DNA from: a virus | DNA: 64,000 nucleotides | Virus record (IMG/VR): IMGVR_UViG_3300009503_000018 | Span: 32,001 to 96,000 of that record | Reading direction: 5' to 3' (one strand) | Shown: piece after piece, positions 25,678-34,848 of the stretch | Layout: every line of letters starts with the position of its first letter | How positions within the stretch are numbered: position 1 is the stretch's first letter | Translations under genes and position numbers: made by a program | Notes under the pieces: generated by a model | The model's database searches: none | What the model saw: the letters and a program-made list of their open reading frames with translations, nothing else | Told to the model about the DNA's origin: nothing

Positions 25678-25974
25678 CTAAAGATCTATTAACCCATTCG
25701 CGGCTCCCCAATGAAGCCAGCGTCGGGCCATCGCCTCAAGGTTGCCTTTCTCTTCGGGCGGCACCGGATCTGCACCCGTAATTTCATGTAGGACCCAAAA
25801 CCAGTGATCCGGCTGCCGTTTTAACTCCTTGAAGAGAAATGGGAGAGCTTCTCTGCCCATGCCGATGATTTTTTGATAAGCAGGATGCAGAACCATGTCA
25901 TGCACAGAAGAGAGATATTGCGTCTCTTTTTTCCACTTTTCAACCAACTTGTGAAATTCCTTTTTTGACATCAA
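25678..25974 (-). CDS. Conserved-looking hypothetical protein
   Basis: KWKKETQYLSS...HPAYQKIIGMG...PDHWFWVLHEITGADPV. Confidence 0.7.
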   Translation of the reverse strand: MMSKKEFHKLVEKWKKETQYLSSVHDMVLHPAYQKIIGMGREALPFLFKELKRQPDHWFWVLHEITGADPVPPEEKGNLEAMARRWLHWGAANGLIDL

Positions 25975-25981
25975 GAATGTC

Positions 25982-26545
25982 TTACAATAATGCTGTTTTG
26001 CTCAAAATCCCTAAACCACAACAATGGGGATAATTGTAAAACAGCATATTTTCTTGTGCAGCAATATCCCCAACAGCTCTTTTCACCTCGGGAAAGCTTT
26101 CTGTGTCATGGAAAATTACCACATTGGCGTGTTTCGCCGCCCACAAACCACATTGATATGTAGGTGTATACTCATGAACAATGTCAATATGAACTAAATC
26201 ATATTGTTCAGTATTATTTTGAATGAAATCTTCAAAACTGCTGGCTATTACTTCAATATTTGAGTAGGGTGATAATGTGTGTCGTACCCGATTTTCAAAA
26301 TCGTAATCCCTAAAGCCAGCGCACACATCACCTTTGAAATGATCAACAGCAATAACGCGCGAAAAATAATTACTTAAAGCCACGGTTGAGTATCCATAAT
26401 CTACACCAAATTCTAATGCCGTATTCCGAGGAATACGAAACCTCTCAATTAAGTCAAGAAGAATGCTCTCTAAGCCCTTCCACGCCGAAGGAACATCAAT
26501 GAGTTTAGGTGGAAGATTAATTTTGCGGGGGAAATACAGAATCAT
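25982..26545 (-). CDS. Class I SAM-dependent methyltransferase (Methyltransf_24-like)
   Basis: ALEFGVDYGYST, AVDHFKGD, YDLVHIDIVHEY, VIFHDT. Confidence 0.85.
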   Translation of the reverse strand: MILYFPRKINLPPKLIDVPSAWKGLESILLDLIERFRIPRNTALEFGVDYGYSTVALSNYFSRVIAVDHFKGDVCAGFRDYDFENRVRHTLSPYSNIEVIASSFEDFIQNNTEQYDLVHIDIVHEYTPTYQCGLWAAKHANVVIFHDTESFPEVKRAVGDIAAQENMLFYNYPHCCGLGILSKTALL

Positions 26546-27282
26546 GTAATCGGTCCAGACTTAAGCGCTTGGCTGAGATCTGGAGTTTGCGTCAATTGCT
26601 GCAAATTTTTTTGGAACAGTTCCGCTTGTTGCTGCGCCGGCATAGTCATGACTTGTAACGCGGCAATATTCGCTTTCAAACTCATAGCGGCTTCCATAAA
26701 TTTAGTAAATACTTTGGATAATTTTTCGCTACTTTCTGGGGGAATGACTTTCATTAAAGCGAGCATACTATTACTAATATCTTGAATAGCCTCGTCAGTA
26801 AAGTGCTGGTCTAGTGTTTGGATAATGCTTTTAAGATCAGTAGGTTCAGATTCTGGTTTTTCTTGTATTGGCTTTTTTGGCGCGTCCTCAGTCGGCGGGG
26901 GTTGGAGTTCGGAAGAAGGGCGCTCCGGGCGTTCTGAACTTACTGGAGATGGTGTGCGCGAAGGAAAGGCTTTTGCTCCTGGAAGAGGAGCCGCCATTTT
27001 CTGCAATACTTCGACTCCTGTTACTTTCATACCCTCTTTCATCCACCGATTAAGCTTTTCGGCCCGTTCTTCGGCATCCTCCCGTCTCAAATACTGAGTT
27101 GACTCTGGATATCCTTCAGGACTCACAACAAGATAATAATCGTCCCAGCTTGTTTTTCTCCCAGGAGGTCTAAAGTACACAACACGCCACTCGCCAGTCC
27201 CTTCAAACTTTAGAGGTTTAAAACCCTTTTCATTCGCCACTTCGGCCGCTGTTACTTTCATGCTTTTTCTCCAAGAGATCAC
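26542..27282 (-). CDS. Hypothetical protein with Pro-rich linker
   Basis: 246-aa ORF. Confidence 0.65.
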   Translation of the reverse strand: MISWRKSMKVTAAEVANEKGFKPLKFEGTGEWRVVYFRPPGRKTSWDDYYLVVSPEGYPESTQYLRREDAEERAEKLNRWMKEGMKVTGVEVLQKMAAPLPGAKAFPSRTPSPVSSERPERPSSELQPPPTEDAPKKPIQEKPESEPTDLKSIIQTLDQHFTDEAIQDISNSMLALMKVIPPESSEKLSKVFTKFMEAAMSLKANIAALQVMTMPAQQQAELFQKNLQQLTQTPDLSQALKSGPIT

Positions 27283-27445
27283 AAATTTTATTAATATCTC
27301 TACAAATACCTTCTATTCGACGGAGGATCAGATACTCAACATTTAACTGATCTTTTAAAACAGCCAAAACATCCCCTAAATCATACTGCTTTTCTACTAC
27401 TTCAATAGGTTCGCGTCGAGACCGTTTACTCACTATAATACACAA

Positions 27446-27664
27446 CTATTTTTCGTCGAGCGTAGGAGTATTCCGCAAAATCTCGCGAAAATCCTGCCCC
27501 GGATATTGGGCATACGTGCGAGTTTTACTCTCCTGATTAGGAAGCTGGCTATGAAATGTAAATACTATTCTCTTTTTTTCGATTGTGTATTCGACATTTT
27601 TTAAAATCTCGTTGGGAAATGCCTCTTGAAATGCTTCTCGAATTTTTAAAATATTCGGGGACAT
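27446..27664 (-). CDS. Hypothetical protein
   Basis: AAGG RBS, 72 aa. Confidence 0.5.
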   Translation of the reverse strand: MSPNILKIREAFQEAFPNEILKNVEYTIEKKRIVFTFHSQLPNQESKTRTYAQYPGQDFREILRNTPTLDEK

Positions 27665-27709
27665 GACCTTATTGGCATCAGATAATGTTTGAATTTTTTG
27701 AATCTTTTG

Positions 27710-27988
27710 TTAGATGATTGTGACTCCGCGTTTGTGTTCTTCATCAAGCCACCTCTGGATAATCGTTGTTGCGATACTGGGTTCCGATGCCCCTTTAATA
27801 ATTGAAATAATCTCGTTAATAGAAAGGGTGATATTAATTTTGGCTAAACGGGGTTGATATTCCACGGCGAGTTGCTCGACGGTTTTTCGAGAGACCCGCC
27901 CCCGCCATTTGTTGGTCCCCTCGAACTTTAGAGGTTTAAAACCCTTTTTCCCCGCTCTCATGTCATCACAACGTATCAGCCAATTCAC
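27710..27988 (-). CDS. Hypothetical protein
   Basis: 92 aa; shares KGFKPLKFEGT with 26542..27282. Confidence 0.5.
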   Translation of the reverse strand: MNWLIRCDDMRAGKKGFKPLKFEGTNKWRGRVSRKTVEQLAVEYQPRLAKINITLSINEIISIIKGASEPSIATTIIQRWLDEEHKRGVTII

Positions 27989-29579
27989 GAATCAGTTTCC
28001 AATCGTGAAGAGACTTCACGACATCACTGTGTCCGTTCGGACCTTGCTGTAACCGCATTAAATACGAGGGGTGGAACACGGGTATGAAAGTAATCCCAGG
28101 CCAATCAGGATGCGTCAGAATAGCGCCTCTTGCTGTCGAAATTTTTTCAGTAACATGTGGAAATACGGCTTTGAAGGCTTTATCTCCTAGCAGGATCACC
28201 AATTTTGGGTTCACTAAACGGATATGCGCACGAAGGCGTATGTTGCACGCCGAAATTTCCTCCGGTGTTGGAGCACGAATTTCCCCATTCGAATTTGGAA
28301 AGCACAAAACGACATTAGTAACGTGAATTTGGTTACGATCTAGTCCTGCATGGGCAAGTAAGGTTTCATTGAGATATTTCCCCGCTCGACCGCAAAATGG
28401 CGAACCGAAAAAGTCTTCACTTGGACCCGGTGCCTCACCAAGCGCCATAATCTTTGCCTTAGCCGGTCCCGAATATTTTACGATAGTGTTTCTTTTTTCG
28501 TGCAGCGGACATCGTGTACAGTCGCCCCATACACTAAACATGTCGTCTAGAGATTCGGCAGATAACAACTTTTTTTCAAATGATGACGTATCAGTCAAAA
28601 TATCACGTAATCCAGTCCCGACTTTTTTGAGTTCGTATGCGTCGAGGAATCTGTGGATTTCGTCCCAATCTACTTGAGGTTGTATATTCCATTGTTTTAG
28701 AAAAACGGTCCTCTGGTCTTCATCTAATTGATCAACTGATGAAAGAATATATGATAATTCATAGGCCATACGAATCTGTTCAGCATATTCGGGGATTTGA
28801 CTCATAATCGCTGTTTTGGGGTTGTTGTTGGCTTCATCAAGCAAATTAACAATATTGCCATATTGAGCAATCAATTTAGCGGCGATCTTTGCCCCAATTC
28901 CCGGAACGCCCGGAATATCGTCATGTACATCCCCCATCAACGCTTTTACTTCGGCCCATTGCGCGGGCTCTATTCCGTATTTTTCCACGAAATCAGATGC
29001 GGTGAACAATTTCTTTTTAACCGGGTCGTATTGAGATACCGTTGGCGATAATAATTGATATAAATCTTGATCTGAAGAGACGACTATAACATGCCCCAAT
29101 GCAGACAACGTATCAACCGCGATTCCGATTAAGTCATCGCCTTCGACTTCATGAATCGTCAGTTGCATAATCCCCATCGCTGGGAGAATCTGTTGTAGCG
29201 CTTCCATTTGAGGTAAGATCTTTTCTTGAAAGTTGCGGTGCTCTTCATCGGAACGGTTTTTGTAGCGACTCTCTTTGTACTGCATCGGCAGATCGTCGAA
29301 GATTCTAGCCGCCGAAGAGTCGGGGTCCTTCCGCGCTAACTCTTCGATTTTCGCACGATAGGCTTTAAGGACTCGTCGGCGATACCGGGATTTGTGGTCC
29401 CAAACAACAACAATTTTTTCAGGCTTAAACTTTTTAACAACTGCACAAAACGAAGAAAGAAATCCGTGGATTATTCCAGTGGCATCACCGCGCTTTGTCC
29501 GAAGAGCCTGCCCGCTTGCCGTATTCCAAATACGGTAAACTAAATAATTTCCATCAATTACGACAAATGTCGTGGGCAT
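27966..29579 (-). CDS. 5'-3' exonuclease (Pol I N-terminal/FEN) fused to family-4 uracil-DNA glycosylase
   Basis: IDGNYL, VVWD, EGDDLIG, SSDQDLYQL, ALMGDVHDDIPGVPGIGAK; then CTRC, LGEAPG, FCGRAG, TNVVLC, FHPSYL; start chosen at MPTTF. Confidence 0.9.
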   Translation of the reverse strand: MPTTFVVIDGNYLVYRIWNTASGQALRTKRGDATGIIHGFLSSFCAVVKKFKPEKIVVVWDHKSRYRRRVLKAYRAKIEELARKDPDSSAARIFDDLPMQYKESRYKNRSDEEHRNFQEKILPQMEALQQILPAMGIMQLTIHEVEGDDLIGIAVDTLSALGHVIVVSSDQDLYQLLSPTVSQYDPVKKKLFTASDFVEKYGIEPAQWAEVKALMGDVHDDIPGVPGIGAKIAAKLIAQYGNIVNLLDEANNNPKTAIMSQIPEYAEQIRMAYELSYILSSVDQLDEDQRTVFLKQWNIQPQVDWDEIHRFLDAYELKKVGTGLRDILTDTSSFEKKLLSAESLDDMFSVWGDCTRCPLHEKRNTIVKYSGPAKAKIMALGEAPGPSEDFFGSPFCGRAGKYLNETLLAHAGLDRNQIHVTNVVLCFPNSNGEIRAPTPEEISACNIRLRAHIRLVNPKLVILLGDKAFKAVFPHVTEKISTARGAILTHPDWPGITFIPVFHPSYLMRLQQGPNGHSDVVKSLHDWKLIRELADTL

Positions 29580-29739
29580 GACTTTCGGCTTTCCGGCTCT
29601 TAAGTCGGTTTCTTCTACAAACGGGACCACAAAAGCGACGTTGCGTCCGTCCCTTTTCGTTTTCCGCTGTTGTTGCCGGGAGGACAATACCTTTGTTGCA
29701 GGTTTCGCATATCCCGACCACTTCAACTAGTAAGCTCAT
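29554..29739 (-). CDS. Small Zn-finger-like protein
   Basis: CETC...FCGPVCR. Confidence 0.5.
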   Translation of the reverse strand: MSLLVEVVGICETCNKGIVLPATTAENEKGRTQRRFCGPVCRRNRLKSRKAESHAHDICRN

Positions 29740-29747
29740 AGTTGATC

Positions 29748-29945
29748 CTAATCTTTCGTTTCTGTTGCAAGGCGAATAATGTAATCTGGCGCCCGCTCAT
29801 TTGCTTTGTGTTCTTCTTTAAAGACCACAATCGGGACTTCTCCGAACAGCCCAACACTTAGTGGGCCCGCGAGATACTCTCGACCTTGCTTGTCCTTTTT
29901 AATCCACAAGTAGCCAATTGGAATTTTTGTCTGATCACGTACCAT
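29748..29945 (-). CDS. DUF736-like small protein
   Basis: IGYLWIKKDKQGREYLAGPL...KANERAPDY. Confidence 0.55.
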   Translation of the reverse strand: MVRDQTKIPIGYLWIKKDKQGREYLAGPLSVGLFGEVPIVVFKEEHKANERAPDYIIRLATETKD

Positions 29946-30186
29946 GATGGGTTTCCTCCGAATTAAGAATAGTGATAAAAACTCGAAGCTTTTTGTCAGC
30001 TTCTTGCTCGAACTCTTGAAATTTCTTTCGAATTTCTCCTACGGAAATAAAATCTGTGTCCGCCATATTTGATATATACTTTTCAAAGGCGGTGTGTATA
30101 AGTGCGCATTTGTTCATGGACACGTACTCGCGAAGTACGTTTTGAACAATGTCTTTCGGGGCTTTGCTTTCTTTACTTTCTTCCAT
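29935..30186 (-). CDS. Hypothetical protein
   Basis: 83-aa coupled ORF. Confidence 0.55.
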   Translation of the reverse strand: MEESKESKAPKDIVQNVLREYVSMNKCALIHTAFEKYISNMADTDFISVGEIRKKFQEFEQEADKKLRVFITILNSEETHHGT

Positions 30187-30610
30187 AAAGAATATCTACT
30201 GTGTTTGGAGTAACATTCTCCGATGCCATATGATAGTGACCTTGTATCGCTAGACTTAGCAGATACTGAGGTGTAAAAATATATGTTTGTGTGACGCCCG
30301 GAATGGCATTTAATAATTCGGAGAACTTCGTCCAATGATTTTTACGAATAGCGGCAATAATATAAACTTCATATAGTCCGTTTTTCCCGTTGTTAATCAG
30401 CAAAACCAACTTTTTGAGCGCTTCATGGTTTGGCGGAAACAAAATATTTATTAATTTTATAAAAGCCTTGATAGATTCTGGTTCGCTGTACGGAAATTCC
30501 CATATGACGCAACGCGCATCTTTAAAAAATCGGGACTCTATAATGTTTTGTGTTTGATAAAAAATAAAAGAGCATAATTTAGCAAATTTGAGTAAAAAGA
30601 AATTCAACAC
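30173..30610 (-). CDS. Hypothetical protein
   Basis: 145-aa coupled ORF. Confidence 0.55.
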   Translation of the reverse strand: MLNFFLLKFAKLCSFIFYQTQNIIESRFFKDARCVIWEFPYSEPESIKAFIKLINILFPPNHEALKKLVLLINNGKNGLYEVYIIAAIRKNHWTKFSELLNAIPGVTQTYIFTPQYLLSLAIQGHYHMASENVTPNTVDILYGRK

Positions 30611-30668
30611 ATTTCGTCCTATTTTTAAGCGAATTTGATTTTATTTGTAACACATTTTAACAGTCATG

Positions 30669-33071
30669 TCAAGATTCAGCGTCAGAATAATTTCTCCTTT
30701 CTGGAACTTTATTGTCCCACAAAGGATTCACATCAAAAACTTGACCACGATGTTGATGTCTCCCGTTCGTATTAGCATCACGAATAAAGCCACGGTCCAT
30801 AAGATACAGTAAGGCATTTTCAATAACGCGTCCGTGTTTTTTGGTGCAACGAACCGCATCTTGTTTGGTGATTTGCTTTTTATTATTACGCGCGATATAT
30901 AACAGAATATTTCTCGCAACGTCGTGGGACACTGAAGATTGCATTTGTTCATGGGCAGCAATCGCGTGAGAAATAAAATATGCGCCCAACTCTCTTGCAT
31001 TTGAGAATGTCCGTGCGTCGATTTCCCACTCCCACGGACACCCCTCGATGATGTTTTCAGCCATGTGAAATAAACCAGCGATACGAATAACGGCGCCCGC
31101 GAGTTTGGCTCCCCACTCTTTGAGTTCATCGCAGGTTGCTAAGACCCCGCCAGGTCGACACTGAGTATTAATCCATGTCCGAAACTCATCTAACAGCTCT
31201 TTTGCCTCCGACGATAGTGTCAAAACGTGCGGGACATCAGTTTCTCCTTCTATTGATTCTCGATATGGAATACTCAATAAGGCCCGAACGTTTTTTCGAT
31301 ATACGTCGAAAACGCGAAATGGGATTGTTTGTGGATTCATATTCTCTTTAAATTCTTTTTCTACCATACTATACAAGAACCGAGCATATAATCCACGGTA
31401 CGCCAAACCCGTTTTATCCAAAAGCCCTCGAAGTGATTTCGTCTGCGTGCAAATACCAATAGTCAAAGCGGGTTTTCGAATATCTTCTTCCCGCCGAGAT
31501 ATTCTATTGACTCGAATATCGTCGCCCGCATGACCCTTTAAATACACGTCAATATCAGGCTCTCCGTTGGTTTGGTAACGTCCATTCATCATAGCGAAGA
31601 TATCGCCTTCAGCACTCAAAATAGCCAATCGACCACTTTGTTCATAGAGCTTTGTTTTAATGGCTTGCGGCGTAATATCATCACCGATAAGGCTTGGAAG
31701 GATAGCCTTTTTTTCAAGTTCGGCGATTTTTTCGAGAATTTTGGTTGTTTCTTCGAGTATAGATGGTTCGTCTATACCCGCTTTCGCAGTCCGAGACCGG
31801 AGTGAGCGATACCGTGATTCAAGTAAATCCATATGGGCTTTGATTTTGCGAATTTCACTTTCTGCTCGTGTCTTCAGATACGACTCGTGTTCTTGTATTA
31901 CTTCGACCATATGCCGAAATACAACACCTTTGCGACTTCCCGGCGGTGCGCACACTACCGTAAACAAATTCAGCGGTTCACTCCAATCGCTTGTCACAAA
32001 TACGCGAACTTTTCGAGCACATCCTGTCGCTAATACTGAAAGAGCGCACATCGACGCCATGTCTACTGGAGTCTGTGTCGTTTCAGCTACGGCTTCAACA
32101 TAATTCTTTACCCATCCAGGAAAAACATGTGTCGGAAATGCCGGTAAATTGAGTTCGTCAAAGGCGACTGGGGCTTGCCATTCAACCGTTTCTACCGGTT
32201 GTTCATACGGACGACGAACATTTTTCCAGCTCGTTCCTGGAGCAAACTTGCGATACGCCCACTGGACTTGTTTGATTGCCTCGGCATGAGGATACGGCGG
32301 ATTACAATTATCGGCCGCTTGAAGAATCCAAGTCAAAGCCGTATCATATGAAAAATCTTGCGCTCGTAACGAGGCGGCGAGTCGAGTAATGGCATGATTG
32401 CGTTCGCCTTCCGGGACTCCGCACAAAGCACGAACAACATTGAAACGTTCTGATTCTCTTCCTTGCTCCAAGGAGGCGGCCGAAATCAGCGCAAGTACCC
32501 ATTCAGGAGCTTGAGCGACTGGGACTTCCCACGGTGCAGAGTCTTCGCACCACTCGTAATTTCCATTCGCATTCCGTGATGGTGGAAGAACCGCTTGTCC
32601 ACCTTCTCCGCGAACATCAATACCGATACCAGGAAACAATTTCGCTTTGGTCGGAATAGTAATAGTCGAAGGGCATTGAAAACAAATATGCCGTCCGTCG
32701 CTTCCGGTTTTTGCAATCGGGGTTGGCGGGATATCGCCATATTTTTTGATCAGTTCTACCCATTTTTCCACGCCCCCATCTTTAGTGTCAATATCGACCA
32801 GAAAAAGATTAGAAGCTTTGCCTGTCGCTACTCCAATATTGGAATTAGGCCAATAGTCCTTAAACCAAGCAACAATTTCTGTTGGTTCTGTCGTCGCTTT
32901 GAGCTGCCATTCATTAAAACGGGGATGTTTTCCTGGACTAAGACATTCGGATTTTCTCCAACACGTGCATTTTCCGTTTACACACGCATGGTTTGGAATA
33001 ATTCTCCACCCTAGTGTTGCATAGTACAGCGCGAATTCTAATGTTGTTTTTGGAATTTTAAAATCAGCCAT
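30669..33071 (-). CDS. Bifunctional primase-polymerase (Prim-Pol/AEP, primase C-terminal) fused to a DUF3987/YfjI-like domain
   Basis: GKHP, NIGVATG, VDIDTK, KTGSDGRH, DVRGEGGQAVLPPS, GERNHAI; APPGSRKG, DDITPQAI, SAEGD, LKGHAGD, GLYARFL. Confidence 0.85.
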   Translation of the reverse strand: MADFKIPKTTLEFALYYATLGWRIIPNHACVNGKCTCWRKSECLSPGKHPRFNEWQLKATTEPTEIVAWFKDYWPNSNIGVATGKASNLFLVDIDTKDGGVEKWVELIKKYGDIPPTPIAKTGSDGRHICFQCPSTITIPTKAKLFPGIGIDVRGEGGQAVLPPSRNANGNYEWCEDSAPWEVPVAQAPEWVLALISAASLEQGRESERFNVVRALCGVPEGERNHAITRLAASLRAQDFSYDTALTWILQAADNCNPPYPHAEAIKQVQWAYRKFAPGTSWKNVRRPYEQPVETVEWQAPVAFDELNLPAFPTHVFPGWVKNYVEAVAETTQTPVDMASMCALSVLATGCARKVRVFVTSDWSEPLNLFTVVCAPPGSRKGVVFRHMVEVIQEHESYLKTRAESEIRKIKAHMDLLESRYRSLRSRTAKAGIDEPSILEETTKILEKIAELEKKAILPSLIGDDITPQAIKTKLYEQSGRLAILSAEGDIFAMMNGRYQTNGEPDIDVYLKGHAGDDIRVNRISRREEDIRKPALTIGICTQTKSLRGLLDKTGLAYRGLYARFLYSMVEKEFKENMNPQTIPFRVFDVYRKNVRALLSIPYRESIEGETDVPHVLTLSSEAKELLDEFRTWINTQCRPGGVLATCDELKEWGAKLAGAVIRIAGLFHMAENIIEGCPWEWEIDARTFSNARELGAYFISHAIAAHEQMQSSVSHDVARNILLYIARNNKKQITKQDAVRCTKKHGRVIENALLYLMDRGFIRDANTNGRHQHRGQVFDVNPLWDNKVPERRNYSDAES

Positions 33072-33072
33072 A

Positions 33073-34782
33073 CTAGAATTCACAAGTCCCCTTCGTACAT
33101 TGTAAACGAAGAGCCTCTTCCATGTCTAGTGGTTCAATCGGGCTTTTTCCTCGTGAGCTGTCTCGATACAAAGTCACGCCCTTCAATTGACCAATATATT
33201 TTCTCAAAATTGGATCGAGGTCTTCTCCTGTATATGATTTCGGCAGATTAATCGTTTTGGAGATTGCGTTATCCACATGCCGTTGACAAATCGCTTGAAT
33301 CTCTAAATGATCTTTGACAGAAATTTCAAGGGCAGATTCATACAACCGAACACGAGGATCGCCAGTGTCGCGTAAATCGACGAAAGGTTGGTGTTCGATA
33401 ATCTCTTCTTCTAGGCGATCTCCTGATCGGAATCTACGCCGATACGCGAATGCGTATAACGGTTCAATTCCGCTTGTGACATTAGAAACAATACTCGTTG
33501 TACCTGTCGGAGCACAAGTCAATAAAGCACAATTACGAATGCCGTTTCTCAGAATTCTCTCTCGGATACCAATGCTGAGATTTTTTTGACAAAACCCTGA
33601 CTCAACGAACTTGCCCCGGTTCAATGCCGGAAATTGACCTTTTTCAATGGCGAGGTCAATACTTGCTTCATACGCTTTCTTTTTGATGAATCGGAATACC
33701 TCGTCAACGGCGGCTTTCCCTTCGTCGGATGTGTATTTTTTTCCCAACAAGACCAACATATCGTGCAAGCCCATAACGCCAAGACCGATACGACGGACTT
33801 GTTTGCAATGCTCTTCAATTTCTTTGAGAGGATATGTATTTACATCTAAAACGTTATCCAAAAATCGTACAGCAATAGCAATCGTCCGTGCCAAACTGCG
33901 ACGATCTAATTCTCCATTGACGACAAATCGAGGCAATACAAGCGCACCCAAATCACAACATCCGTAGGCTTCCAAAGGGATTTCGCCGCACGGGTTTGTC
34001 GAAATGCACGGATGAGAATAATAAATGTTGTTCTGTTGATTCCACAACCAGCCATTAAGAATACCGGGCTCTCCACATGCAACAGCGTTGTCTAGAATTT
34101 TTTTCCACAATTCCCGAGCAGGTATGGTCTTTACTACTTGGTTATTCCACATAAATTCGTGGAGTTCGTCTCGTTCTACGCGCTTCAAGAATTTTGTCGG
34201 ATCCTCGTTCATAAAAACGACGCTGACGTTGGCATTAGTCAGTTTTTTGAGGTCGAGCTTTTTGTCCAGAAATTCAGGAATATCTGGATGATCGTGATTC
34301 AAACACAGCATTAGAGCTGTACGCCGTCCTCCTCCGGCGCGGATAACGTCTCCGGCAGCATTGATAATTTCCATAAGAGACACAGCTCCGGTTGCTGCTC
34401 CAGAATGTCCACGAATAACACTACCACGCGGACGAATTGGAGAAAAGTTTATTCCAATTCCTCCCCCCATACCAGACACAACAATCGAATCTGATACTGT
34501 CTTGCCCCATCCTTCGCGGGAGTCGCTTGTCGGCAAACAAAAACAATTCAGCAGTTGTCCACGGGGTCTGCCGCTACCATACCAAATACGACCACCCGGC
34601 ATAAACCGATTATTTACCAATTCGTTCCAAAATACTTCTTCGCACTCTTTGATTTTGTCGTTATTTTCGGCGGCCGCTACAACGCGAGCGACTCGTCGAC
34701 ACGCATCTTCCCACGTCTCGTCATGATTCAAGGCATACCGCTCTTTAAAAATTCGCATTGAAAAATCATTTTTTCCAACCAT
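33073..34782 (-). CDS. nrdJ: Class II (adenosylcobalamin-dependent) ribonucleotide reductase
   Basis: FMPGGRI, LLNCF, GGGIGINFS, GGGRRTA, TNPCGEI, CDLGAL, APTGTTS, NAISKTINLP, C-terminal CxxxxC. Confidence 0.9.
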   Translation of the reverse strand: MVGKNDFSMRIFKERYALNHDETWEDACRRVARVVAAAENNDKIKECEEVFWNELVNNRFMPGGRIWYGSGRPRGQLLNCFCLPTSDSREGWGKTVSDSIVVSGMGGGIGINFSPIRPRGSVIRGHSGAATGAVSLMEIINAAGDVIRAGGGRRTALMLCLNHDHPDIPEFLDKKLDLKKLTNANVSVVFMNEDPTKFLKRVERDELHEFMWNNQVVKTIPARELWKKILDNAVACGEPGILNGWLWNQQNNIYYSHPCISTNPCGEIPLEAYGCCDLGALVLPRFVVNGELDRRSLARTIAIAVRFLDNVLDVNTYPLKEIEEHCKQVRRIGLGVMGLHDMLVLLGKKYTSDEGKAAVDEVFRFIKKKAYEASIDLAIEKGQFPALNRGKFVESGFCQKNLSIGIRERILRNGIRNCALLTCAPTGTTSIVSNVTSGIEPLYAFAYRRRFRSGDRLEEEIIEHQPFVDLRDTGDPRVRLYESALEISVKDHLEIQAICQRHVDNAISKTINLPKSYTGEDLDPILRKYIGQLKGVTLYRDSSRGKSPIEPLDMEEALRLQCTKGTCEF

Positions 34783-34848
34783 CTCTTTTCTTCCTCGCCC
34801 CAATAGTGTTGATAGTAATCCTAACTCTTTTCTGCGTCCCCAAAAAGT

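Noticed and set aside
33320-33329. Self-target of guide C inside nrdJ (GAAATTTCAA)
   Set aside because: Only 10 nt of AT-rich match, expected by chance in 64 kb; no convincing longer target for guides B or C was seen by eye
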